Source: a virus. From it: a DNA stretch of 62,761 nt. The position numbers were made by a program, and so were the translations under genes. Position 1 is the stretch's first letter. Each line of letters opens with the position of its first letter. A model generated the notes under the pieces. That model worked only from the letters and a program-made list of their open reading frames with translations, had not been told where the DNA came from and made no database searches. This document shows, in pieces, positions 33,985-42,432 of this stretch. The stretch lies in the IMG/VR virus record IMGVR_UViG_3300044769_000128, positions 1 to 62,761 of that record; one strand, 5' to 3'.

Positions 33985-34422
33985 ATGCCCTTCGGTCTAC
34001 CAGACATCAATCCAGGACAAGACGTTTCTCCACAGGGGATGCCGCCACCGATGCCTCCGATGCCGGGCGGTCCTCCTCCAATGCCGCAATCCCCGGACCA
34101 AGGCGGTTCGGCGAATCTCGGCTTAGACTTTCTCGTAGGTTTGCTTGCCGGCGCGGGGTTGCCAGTTATCTCGCGCGCTCTCCGACCCGGCAGAACTCCC
34201 GGCGAGCGCATGGCGACCGGCGGCGAAATGAATCCGCGCTCCATGCTCGACACGGTGGCGTCGGGAATCGGCGGCGGTGGTAAACCGGGCGGCCTCGGCG
34301 TGCCGTCGATGAGCGATATTCTGCCCGCACTCGCGGCCAAAATGGGACCGGGACAGCAGGGCATGCAAATTCCACCTGAGATGATGATGCAATTACAACG
34401 GCCTCCGATGCCGGGAATGTAG
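33985..34422 (+). CDS. Met/Pro/Gly-rich low-complexity protein
   Basis: MPFGLPD...GMPPPMPPMPGGPPPMP... 145 aa. Confidence 0.55.
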   Translation: MPFGLPDINPGQDVSPQGMPPPMPPMPGGPPPMPQSPDQGGSANLGLDFLVGLLAGAGLPVISRALRPGRTPGERMATGGEMNPRSMLDTVASGIGGGGKPGGLGVPSMSDILPALAAKMGPGQQGMQIPPEMMMQLQRPPMPGM

Positions 34423-34425
34423 GTT

Positions 34426-34788
34426 ATGTCAGACCAACAAACCATGGACGGCAGTCCGGCGTATGTCGAGCGCACGCTGACGCAGCTTTACGACACGGGT
34501 AAATTCGCCGGTCTCAAGTATCACGAGTCCGACAGATTCGATACCAAAGTTCTTTTTATTCAGTTTCAAGCGGGACCGATTTCACACGAGGTCAACGGCT
34601 GCGCGATTGAGGACGTGATCGATGTACTCGTAACCCGTCTTGAAGGTTTTCAGAATGGCCCGTTTCGTTGTGACGAGAATGCGCTGGCTATCACCCAACT
34701 CGAAGAAGCGAAGCGGTCGCTTCTCAATCGCACCGACAAGCGGCAAGCGCAGGGCGTTGAAGGAACCAGCGCGGCGCATGAAAGCTAA
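34426..34788 (+). CDS. Hypothetical head-module protein
   Basis: 120 aa with ordinary globular composition. Confidence 0.65.
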   Translation: MSDQQTMDGSPAYVERTLTQLYDTGKFAGLKYHESDRFDTKVLFIQFQAGPISHEVNGCAIEDVIDVLVTRLEGFQNGPFRCDENALAITQLEEAKRSLLNRTDKRQAQGVEGTSAAHES

Positions 34789-34932
34789 ATGTTTCCCGTG
34801 AAACAAAAATCCCGCGTGAAAGAATTGCCCAGCGAATTCGCGCCCAAGGGACTCCGCAAGATGGAATCCACTTACGACGTCAAGCGTCCGAAACTAAAGT
34901 TTCCAGTTCGTAAACTAAAACAATCGAGGTAA
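34789..34932 (+). CDS. Possible small basic protein (47 aa)
   Basis: ATG lies 1 nt after the upstream TAA. K/R-rich. Below the track cutoff. Confidence 0.35.
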   Translation: MFPVKQKSRVKELPSEFAPKGLRKMESTYDVKRPKLKFPVRKLKQSR

Positions 34933-34935
34933 GCC

Positions 34936-35172
34936 ATGGCAGAAGAAACAAAAGAACCGAAAAAAGTCATTTGCGATACCTGCGAAACCTTGGAAGTCGA
35001 ACCCGAGAACTTAAAGAAGGGCGGCAAGACTTGTCAGACCTGCATCAATAAGGGCGCAAAAAAAAAGACGCCAGTGAAGGCGAGCCAGGAGCAGCCGAAG
35101 TCGGAGAGCCGCCCGTCCCAAGAAGGGATACGGAGCCCGCTCCACACCCCAAGCCGAAAGTTCGACGAGTAA
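34936..35172 (+). CDS. Lys-rich small protein with CxxC pairs
   Basis: CDTC...CQTC. 78 aa. Confidence 0.55.
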   Translation: MAEETKEPKKVICDTCETLEVEPENLKKGGKTCQTCINKGAKKKTPVKASQEQPKSESRPSQEGIRSPLHTPSRKFDE

Positions 35173-35212
35173 AAGATAAACCGAAGTCACAAGCTAAAAG
35201 GAGGAAATCGAA

Positions 35213-35296
35213 ATGAAAAAAGGTAAAGGCGGAATCAAGTCCCCCGTTGGCAAATCCATCGCGGGCGCCCGCTCAGTGAAAACCAAAAGACGATAA
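35213..35296 (+). CDS. Possible 27-aa highly basic peptide
   Basis: Strong AAAGGAGGA RBS 7 nt upstream. MKKGKGGIKSPVGKSIAGARSVKTKRR. Confidence 0.4.
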   Translation: MKKGKGGIKSPVGKSIAGARSVKTKRR

Positions 35297-35298
35297 CC

Positions 35299-35673
35299 AT
35301 GCCGTTTCCCCCGATGCCCGGTATGCCGGGTGCAGCCCCTCCGCCTATGCCCCCGATGGGTGGTCCGGCCGGTATGCCGGGCATGCCTCCGATGCCGCCA
35401 ATGCCAGGAATGGGCGGCCCGATGGGCGCACCGCCGGAGATAGCCGGCCTGCTGGCCATGCTTGGGGAAATCAATCAGCCGACGGCGGGAGACAAGATCA
35501 ACGAGGCGATTCAACTGCTGACCGAGGCGAAAAAGATGGACGACAAGGTCGCCCCGGTGGTGGCCCGCGCCATCGATATTCTCAAGGGCAGTTGCAGCGA
35601 TACTGACGACGGGGATGACGATTCATCCGATCCAACAAGGAGCCACGAGCCAAGTTCGAAGGAGCCGTACTAA
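35299..35673 (+). CDS. Met/Pro/Gly-rich protein with acidic C-terminus
   Basis: MPFPPMPGMPGAAPPPMPPMGGPAGMPGMPPMPPMPGMGGPMG, then a helical region and a D-rich tail. Confidence 0.55.
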   Translation: MPFPPMPGMPGAAPPPMPPMGGPAGMPGMPPMPPMPGMGGPMGAPPEIAGLLAMLGEINQPTAGDKINEAIQLLTEAKKMDDKVAPVVARAIDILKGSCSDTDDGDDDSSDPTRSHEPSSKEPY

Positions 35674-35715
35674 CGGCCAACCGGAGAACAGCTTAGAGCC
35701 AACCAAGGAGGAGAG

Positions 35716-36624
35716 ATGCTACCAGATCCAATTTTAGGAACCGCAGCGGGAGCCACTGACCAAGGTCAGCAAGGCCAACCGCAGCAAGGACAGCAGCCGG
35801 CTAACGGCACCACGCCCGCGACCACGGAACCCGTATGGCTAAACGCCATCCAGGACCAGTCGATGCGCGAAGAGGCCAAAAAATCGTACCTGCTAAACAG
35901 TGATTACACCAAGAAAACCCAGGAGTTAGCCGAGCAGCGGAAGTCCTGGGAGAGCGAAAAAGAAGCGTTAAAACGCCAAAATGAAGAGTATCTTCAGGGA
36001 TGGAAAGCTAGCTGGAACGCTTACGAGGAAGCGCAGAAAAAGTATCAGCAGAATCCGACAGCGGCCAACGCGCAGAACGTGCGCGACCTTGCCCAGGAAA
36101 GTAACGAGTATTGGGAAGGCTACGATCTGATGGACGGCCCCAAGCAGGGGAAACACGTCGCGCAGTACACCGCTCAACAGGTGACCCAATACGTCAATCA
36201 GTTGGCGCAAAAGTTCAATGAGGCTTACCAGCAGGACAAGAAGCAGCATCAAGCCTACATGGACAACTATTTCGCCACGTACTTGGACGCTCAACAGAAG
36301 TTTCCCGGTAACCCGGAACAGCAAAAAGCCTATTTGAACGCCATGTACCAAGTGCGCTCGGGTCAAGCCGATCCGCGCGAGTTAGCGTACCAGCAAGTGA
36401 TCGCGCCGAGTGAGCGCGAACGCCTGCTCGAAGAAGGCCGAAAGCTCGGCGCGGCCGAGGCGGAGCAACGCTTAAAGAACCAGCAGCAGTTCGACATGAA
36501 CGGCACGGGCACCCCGCAACCGTACCGGCACGCACCGTTGGCCGACAAGAAGGCCCGCGAGGCGGAATTGAATCAACAGCTGACAGCGAAGTTCGGGGCG
36601 AGCATTTGGAATCCGAATTCGTAG
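35716..36624 (+). CDS. Scaffolding-like protein
   Basis: 302 aa, Gln/Glu/Lys-rich and helical. Immediately upstream of the capsid-like gene. Confidence 0.5.
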   Translation: MLPDPILGTAAGATDQGQQGQPQQGQQPANGTTPATTEPVWLNAIQDQSMREEAKKSYLLNSDYTKKTQELAEQRKSWESEKEALKRQNEEYLQGWKASWNAYEEAQKKYQQNPTAANAQNVRDLAQESNEYWEGYDLMDGPKQGKHVAQYTAQQVTQYVNQLAQKFNEAYQQDKKQHQAYMDNYFATYLDAQQKFPGNPEQQKAYLNAMYQVRSGQADPRELAYQQVIAPSERERLLEEGRKLGAAEAEQRLKNQQQFDMNGTGTPQPYRHAPLADKKAREAELNQQLTAKFGASIWNPNS

Positions 36625-36726
36625 GCTAGGGCCGATCACCCGAAAACGCGCTACCGCAGCGCGCCGTCTGCGAATACTTCATCGCGGCAAAACCCAAGCG
36701 GAGGGCACTTATGAGGAATAAGTCTC

Positions 36727-37692
36727 ATGGCTCTCGACAACCGGCAGTTGGGCGAAATTTCCGCGATGACGATCGATTACAGAATCCCCGATCTCATCGA
36801 TAACTTTTTCACCAGTAACCCTCTCATCATCAAGCTTCTTCAGCGCGACAAGGTCGAAGTCGACGGCGGCGAGAAAATTCGCCAGCCGGTGATCTACGGC
36901 AAGCTGAACGGCGGGTCGTACACCGATCTCGACCTGTTCAATACCGACCGCAAAGAGACCGTCGCCGACATGATCTTCGAGTGGAAGCAGAAGTACGTCA
37001 ATATCACGATTTCCGGCCTCGAAGGTCTGAAGAACGCGGGCGCGGCCAAAATCCGCGACCAGGCCAATTACAAGATGGACAACGCCTCGATGACCGGCGC
37101 CGACCTGCTCGGCACGGCGATCTATGGCGACGGCACCGCGGACGGCGGCAAAGACATCACCGGCCTACGCGCGGCTCTCGACGACGGCACGACTTACACC
37201 ACCTACGGCGGCATCACCCGCAGTTCCACCACCGGCACAGAAGGCGCGGCGGTACGCGGCAACATCGACACCACCGGCGGCGTGTTCTCGTTGGGCTTTA
37301 TGAATACCAAGTGGTCGGCAGCGATCATCGCCAACGAGAAACCCGACCTGATCGTGACGACACAAACGATCTGGAACAAGTGGTGGGACCGGGTCCAGCC
37401 CTCGCAGCGCTTCAACGCGACCTCGAGCGGCAACCAGATGGCGAATGCCGGTTTCGACGTGATCCGCCATAACGGCGCGGACGTCGTCGTCGATCAGCAT
37501 TGCCCAGCGGGCCACGTCTATTTTCTCAATACCAAGTGGATCAAATTTATCACGCATACCAAGCGGCAGTGGTCGTTCACGGGTTGGAAATACCCGACTA
37601 ACCAGGACTCAATGATAGGTCAACTTCTTTGGGCCGGTGAACTCGTGGTGCAATCGCCGCGGCTTCAGTCCATGGTCACCAACGTAACCTAA
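36727..37692 (+). CDS. Major capsid protein (probable)
   Basis: 321 aa directly after the scaffold-like gene. Composition and length are typical of HK97-fold capsid proteins. No alignment was done. Confidence 0.65.
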   Translation: MALDNRQLGEISAMTIDYRIPDLIDNFFTSNPLIIKLLQRDKVEVDGGEKIRQPVIYGKLNGGSYTDLDLFNTDRKETVADMIFEWKQKYVNITISGLEGLKNAGAAKIRDQANYKMDNASMTGADLLGTAIYGDGTADGGKDITGLRAALDDGTTYTTYGGITRSSTTGTEGAAVRGNIDTTGGVFSLGFMNTKWSAAIIANEKPDLIVTTQTIWNKWWDRVQPSQRFNATSSGNQMANAGFDVIRHNGADVVVDQHCPAGHVYFLNTKWIKFITHTKRQWSFTGWKYPTNQDSMIGQLLWAGELVVQSPRLQSMVTNVT

Positions 37693-37697
37693 GAATT

Positions 37698-38114
37698 ATG
37701 CTTCAGCCCCCGCCAGAGCCCGAGCGCGTTTCCTCTGCCAACGCTGTGCCCGCGGGACTTCGTCACTTGATGCCGATCAAGGGCGAGGCCGCGGCGCGCA
37801 AAGTTGGTAACGATAAGGTGCTCTATGTCGGGGGATTGGAAAAGGTCGATCCCAAGGTCCGCTGCTTCGTGATCGCAAAATATGTTGTGCACGCGGCCCA
37901 GGACGGCGGGTTCGGCATTATTTGCATCATGCGCGGCCCGAATCACAAACATGAGTTTCGGGTAATGGACATTGTCAACAAGATCAGGAAATGGCCGGGG
38001 CCGTCCATGGCGGGACTCACGCAGTTTCGCGACGACTGCTGGCTCGATGAGCGAAAAAAGATTTGGGTATTGGGCGCCAAGCCCAACCCGGACGCAACCG
38101 TCTCGACGCCTTAA
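37698..38114 (+). CDS. Hypothetical head-module protein
   Basis: 138-aa ORF. Confidence 0.6.
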   Translation: MLQPPPEPERVSSANAVPAGLRHLMPIKGEAAARKVGNDKVLYVGGLEKVDPKVRCFVIAKYVVHAAQDGGFGIICIMRGPNHKHEFRVMDIVNKIRKWPGPSMAGLTQFRDDCWLDERKKIWVLGAKPNPDATVSTP

Positions 38115-38141
38115 TTTTGGCGGAGGGACAAGGAGAGTAAA

Positions 38142-38903
38142 ATGGCTTTAGTTACCGCTGCGGCATTTTTGAATTTGGGTCATGTGTTTTCCTTTTCCGG
38201 CGACGATCTGACCAAGTGCACATCGACACCGAAAGCACGGCTTGGCTCGCTTTCGTTCGTTATCGACGAATTCGGCTATCACAGAATCTTTCGTTACCAG
38301 CGCTTCATGCTGGCCGGAACTCCCGGCCTGGTGTTTGACCGCGTAGCGCTTGTCACCGGCACCACGGATGCGGCCGGAACTACGACCTCGGCGATCGACG
38401 CAACGATCTTCACTGCGGGCGATGAAGTAGGCAAAATCTTTCAGGTCAACGTCGCTTCCGGCGCTGCACCCGAAGGCGAAACCGCACTGATCGTGAAAAA
38501 TACCACGACCACGGTTTTCTTTGATCCCAACTATCCGCTGTCGGTGGCAGCTGCTTCCGGCATTACGTTTAGCGATTGGGGCGTCAACCACTACGATGCG
38601 GGCGCCTTGGCGTCGAACAACATCAACAGCGGCGGCATCCTGATGGGTACTCCGGTGGCCAAGGATTACGGCTGGGCGCAGATACACGGCTTTCATCCGG
38701 CGGTGGCCGTCGATCCTAACTCCGCGGCGATCACCGCAGATGCGGCCGGTCAGCACGGCGCGACATCCTTTGTCGTCCTGCTCGCCACCGGCGCGTCACA
38801 GCAGCAGGACTATATCGGCTGGTTCCCGATGGCGACCTCGACCACAGCGGTCCAGGCCTGCTTCGTTATCGACGTGTTCGGCCAAGCGCAGCCGGTCAGC
38901 TAA
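38142..38903 (+). CDS. Structural protein, function unknown
   Basis: 253 aa, Ala/Thr/Gly-rich and beta-rich. Confidence 0.7.
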   Translation: MALVTAAAFLNLGHVFSFSGDDLTKCTSTPKARLGSLSFVIDEFGYHRIFRYQRFMLAGTPGLVFDRVALVTGTTDAAGTTTSAIDATIFTAGDEVGKIFQVNVASGAAPEGETALIVKNTTTTVFFDPNYPLSVAAASGITFSDWGVNHYDAGALASNNINSGGILMGTPVAKDYGWAQIHGFHPAVAVDPNSAAITADAAGQHGATSFVVLLATGASQQQDYIGWFPMATSTTAVQACFVIDVFGQAQPVS

Positions 38904-38912
38904 GGAGGAATC

Positions 38913-39164
38913 ATGGCAGCAGCAACACCGACAAGAAGCGAATTCGTCAGCCTCGGCAACAAGCGCGCGGTGGTCGGCGTGTTTACCTCTATTGCCGACA
39001 CAAACACCTGGAACCCTGGCATGTCCTTTATTGACGCAGTGATCATCGGCAACGGTGCTAAAACCACCACCTACGGGCACACATTGGACACAGCCAAGCG
39101 GGTTATCACGTTCGATCTAAGCGCAAGCTTGGCGAGTTGTGAAGTGACCGTCATCGGGGTCTAA
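38913..39164 (+). CDS. Small structural-module protein
   Basis: AAGGAGG RBS. 83 aa. Confidence 0.6.
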   Translation: MAAATPTRSEFVSLGNKRAVVGVFTSIADTNTWNPGMSFIDAVIIGNGAKTTTYGHTLDTAKRVITFDLSASLASCEVTVIGV

Positions 39165-39165
39165 A

Positions 39166-40098
39166 ATGGGTCTAACCGTTACCAATCTCAGAAACGACAA
39201 CGTGGGGAATTCCAAGATGGTTTGGGGGAACCTTGCCTTCGATAGTTCCTACCCGACCGGAGGGGAATCCCTCACGGGCCTCATGGTCGGCTTGAGTACC
39301 ATCGACGTCATGCGCGCCGATGCCAAGTCCGGCTACCTGTTCGAATACAACTACACCACGCAAAAGCTGATGGCCTATAATTTCGCCGCTTCCGGCGCGT
39401 CGACGTACGATTACAACTACGCGCCAGGCGGCGGCGATATTAAAGGCTCGGCGATTACCGATTCGGAAAACGCCGATGCGGCGAGCATCCCGACCAACGG
39501 GCAGCTTGTCGCCAACTTGGCAGCGGTGGCGGCGGGTGCGTGGACCTACGTCGAAACGCTCGAGATTGACACGCCGCGAAACGTGATGATCCTGATCGCC
39601 AACGATACCGCGGGCTCGCTCGATCTGTTCGAAGGCGTCACCACCTTTGCCGTGACCGGAGTTTTCAGAGGCGCAGCGCAAACCGAGTCGATCACGTTCA
39701 CGTCCACGGCGGGAAACAAGGCTTTGGCCAACACGCCGAACTATCGCTACAAGTACGGCGTCAAGCCGTTTGACCGGATTACCGGCGTGGTCTGCACCAA
39801 TCCGCCCGCCGATACGATTAAGTGCGGCGTCGGCATCGGCTCCCTGATCGGCTACCCGGTCAACTCGGCCACCGGCGCGGACGCTGATTTTCACAAGCTG
39901 ATCAAGAACGGCGTCGACCTCGCGGTGGCGACGATCATCGATCACACCAATCATACGGTGAATTTCGGCACGCTGGCCGACGGCGCGGAAGTGTCAATGA
40001 CGTATGCCGTGGCAACTTCGCCGGTGGCGGCGGAAGTCCCTGCGAGCACTAACCTCGCTTCGCTGACGGGGATAAAATTCGAAGCGCGCGGCGTGTGA
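39166..40098 (+). CDS. Structural protein, function unknown
   Basis: 310 aa. N-terminus FDSSYPTGGESLTG...GYLFEYNYTTQKLMAY. Followed by a strong terminator. Confidence 0.7.
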   Translation: MGLTVTNLRNDNVGNSKMVWGNLAFDSSYPTGGESLTGLMVGLSTIDVMRADAKSGYLFEYNYTTQKLMAYNFAASGASTYDYNYAPGGGDIKGSAITDSENADAASIPTNGQLVANLAAVAAGAWTYVETLEIDTPRNVMILIANDTAGSLDLFEGVTTFAVTGVFRGAAQTESITFTSTAGNKALANTPNYRYKYGVKPFDRITGVVCTNPPADTIKCGVGIGSLIGYPVNSATGADADFHKLIKNGVDLAVATIIDHTNHTVNFGTLADGAEVSMTYAVATSPVAAEVPASTNLASLTGIKFEARGV

Positions 40099-40120
40099 GC
40101 AAACTTAACAAACTGATTAC

Positions 40121-40156
40121 AGCCGGGTTGGGTGAACGCCCGATCCGGCTTTTTTC
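40121..40156 (+). terminator. Rho-independent terminator/attenuator inside the late block
   Basis: AGCCGGGTTGGG-TGAACG-CCCGATCCGGCT stem (with G-U pairs) followed by TTTTTT. Confidence 0.75.
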
Positions 40157-40169
40157 TTAGGAGAGCAAA

Positions 40170-40496
40170 ATGGCAGAAGGATGGCACTACGTAACCACGA
40201 CACCGCTGGCGGGCACGGCGGTGAAGATTGGTCCTAAAAACTGCTTTGTCGGCCCGGTGGTGATCGCCAATCTCACGGCGTCGACCGCCTGGCTGCAATT
40301 ATTCGACGCAGCGGCAGCCGCCGACGTGACACCGGGAACGACGAAACCGACTGTGGCGATTGCCGTGGCGGCGAGTCTCAGCAAGGAAGTCGATCTCTGC
40401 GGCCTGACGTTTTTGCTCGGCTGCGTGGCACTCTCGGCCACCGCCGCTGAAGGCGCCACGGGCGCCAATACCAATACGATGATCGGCATCGGCTAA
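40170..40496 (+). CDS. Hypothetical structural-module protein
   Basis: GGAG RBS. 108 aa, Ala-rich. Confidence 0.6.
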   Translation: MAEGWHYVTTTPLAGTAVKIGPKNCFVGPVVIANLTASTAWLQLFDAAAAADVTPGTTKPTVAIAVAASLSKEVDLCGLTFLLGCVALSATAAEGATGANTNTMIGIG

Positions 40497-40672
40497 TGGC
40501 GGATTATTTACTGCTCGAGACCGGCGACAAGCTGATCCTTGAGGACGCCAGCGGCAACCTGCTTTTGGAAAGCAGCGCAGGCGAAGTCGAACCGCTTTGG
40601 GCGCGCCTGTCGATCTCCATGCCGGTATTTCTATTCATCGTCTTGAGAGAACTCGGCGGGGATCTTTCCTAA
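40496..40672 (+). CDS. Small protein with an LLLE-type N-terminal motif (58 aa)
   Basis: MADYLLLETGDKLILEDASGNLLLE. TAATG coupling at both ends. Below the track cutoff. Confidence 0.5.
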   Translation: MADYLLLETGDKLILEDASGNLLLESSAGEVEPLWARLSISMPVFLFIVLRELGGDLS

Positions 40673-40836
40673 TGGAAGTTTTAAAGCGCGGCCCGGTGAC
40701 GGTCTATGCCTTTAAGCCGCAACCCGACATTACCCCGTTCGAGCTCGCGCGCATCATGCCGCTCTTGATCGAGAAGGATGCCGAATCCATCGAGAATCTT
40801 CCCGAAGAATGTTTGCGCCACTTTAAAAAAAGATAA
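40672..40836 (+). CDS. Small hypothetical protein (54 aa)
   Basis: ATG overlaps the upstream TAA. Confidence 0.5.
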   Translation: MEVLKRGPVTVYAFKPQPDITPFELARIMPLLIEKDAESIENLPEECLRHFKKR

Positions 40837-40842
40837 CCAACC

Positions 40843-41766
40843 ATGGCCGATAGCAAACTCACAGCACTCTCGGAAATCAGCGTCCCGATTCTTAGCGATC
40901 TCGGCTACACGGTCGATGATCCAGGCGGCTCGCCTATTAGCAACAAGGTCACGCATCAGCGGTTGTTAGGCCTCGTTCCCAGCATCCCCGGCGGGCGCTT
41001 AACGCTTACCACTGCCGTGCCAATCACCACCGCCGACGTGACCGGCGTCGGTACGCTCTATTACACGCCCTACGTCCACAACGGCGTTCGCGTCTTTGAC
41101 GGCACCCGTTGGCTGTTTAAGACTTTCAGCGAAATCTCGCTGGCGCTCACGCTGACCAGCGGCAAGAACTACGACGTATTTATTGACGACGATGCCGCCA
41201 CGCTCACGTTGAGTTCGGCGTGGACCGATGACACCACGCGGGCCGACGCTCTCGGCACGCAGGATTCGATCGTTGTGCTCAACAGCGACAAGACTAAGCT
41301 TTGGCTCGGGGTGATTCGCGCCAGCGCTGCCAACGTGACCACCGATTCCGCGGTCAATCGCTTGGTTGGCAACGCCTACAACACCGCGCGCCGATTATTG
41401 AGCAAAGTCGCTGGATCGTCGAGCCACACTTATAATTCTAGCACCTGGCGAAATTATAACGCCGACGCTACCCAGCGAATCGGGGTAGTCCACGCAGTAG
41501 CAGGGATCGCCGATCTCTCCCCCCAGGCGATATTCAGTTCGTGTTCGGGCACCGGCTCGACCCGTATCAGCATTGGGCTGGACTCCTCAACAGTGCCGTC
41601 AGTCCAGCAGTTAGTGGCGGCAGGGGAGACTTTGCCGCCCTATATCCCACCGTGGGGGGCGCTCGCCATCACTGCGGGCTATCACTATTTACAGTTGATC
41701 GAATCTGTAGATGCGGGCACAAGCACCTTCGATTGGGGCAGCATGACCGGGACAATCTTTAACTAA
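40843..41766 (+). CDS. Tail/fibre-associated protein
   Basis: 307 aa. N-terminus MADSKLTALSEIS...DLGYTVDD is typical of fibre-type N-termini I have seen. Unverified. Confidence 0.6.
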   Translation: MADSKLTALSEISVPILSDLGYTVDDPGGSPISNKVTHQRLLGLVPSIPGGRLTLTTAVPITTADVTGVGTLYYTPYVHNGVRVFDGTRWLFKTFSEISLALTLTSGKNYDVFIDDDAATLTLSSAWTDDTTRADALGTQDSIVVLNSDKTKLWLGVIRASAANVTTDSAVNRLVGNAYNTARRLLSKVAGSSSHTYNSSTWRNYNADATQRIGVVHAVAGIADLSPQAIFSSCSGTGSTRISIGLDSSTVPSVQQLVAAGETLPPYIPPWGALAITAGYHYLQLIESVDAGTSTFDWGSMTGTIFN

Positions 41767-41767
41767 T

Positions 41768-42388
41768 ATGGCTATCATACACGTTGCCAGACTCTCTCAG
41801 GCGCTCACTACGGCGGGCGTTGCCATTGTCAGCGTCAACCAGGACGGCATCGTCGAACCGGCGAATCTTCAAGCCGCGGCCGATCCGATCATCGCCGCCT
41901 TCGATGATAGCGAGGCGGCGAACAATACTTTTCTCAATTCACAGGCGCGCACGGTCGCCAGCGAGGACATCGACAGCAACAAAAATCCCATCAATAAGGA
42001 ATTGCGAGCGGCGGCCTCTTTAGTCGTCGATGAGGTCAACCTGCTCCGTGACGATGTCATCGGTATCGCCTCGCAGACGTGGGACCCGGCCAGCATGGCC
42101 AACGCGACCGGGCTGACCTCGCCAAACTTCACCGTAACGGGAGCGGCTTTTGGTGACATCGTTCACCCGATCGCGCCCTACACGCTCGCAGGCGTGACGG
42201 CGACCGCCTACGTCTCGGCGGCCAACACGGCGGTCATTCGTTTGCACAACGGCACGGGCGCTGCGGTCAACCTTGTCTCGGGAAGTTGGTCGGTGATGGT
42301 GCTGCGTCATACCGTCTTAACACCGCGCACAATGGCGCAAGCAAAAAGCGCGATGCAAAACAAAGTAAACGCGGGCGACGTGGACTAA
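41768..42388 (+). CDS. Tail-module hypothetical protein
   Basis: 206-aa ORF. Confidence 0.65.
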   Translation: MAIIHVARLSQALTTAGVAIVSVNQDGIVEPANLQAAADPIIAAFDDSEAANNTFLNSQARTVASEDIDSNKNPINKELRAAASLVVDEVNLLRDDVIGIASQTWDPASMANATGLTSPNFTVTGAAFGDIVHPIAPYTLAGVTATAYVSAANTAVIRLHNGTGAAVNLVSGSWSVMVLRHTVLTPRTMAQAKSAMQNKVNAGDVD

Positions 42389-42432
42389 ATGGCCACCCTT
42401 ACCGTAAAACAAGACGGCGGCGAGAGATAGCG

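Noticed and set aside
38142-39164. In-frame stop between 38142..38903 and 38913..39164 (same frame), as another possible read-through pair.
   Set aside because: A strong AAGGAGG RBS and an ATG lie directly after the TAA, so it is a normal independent start.
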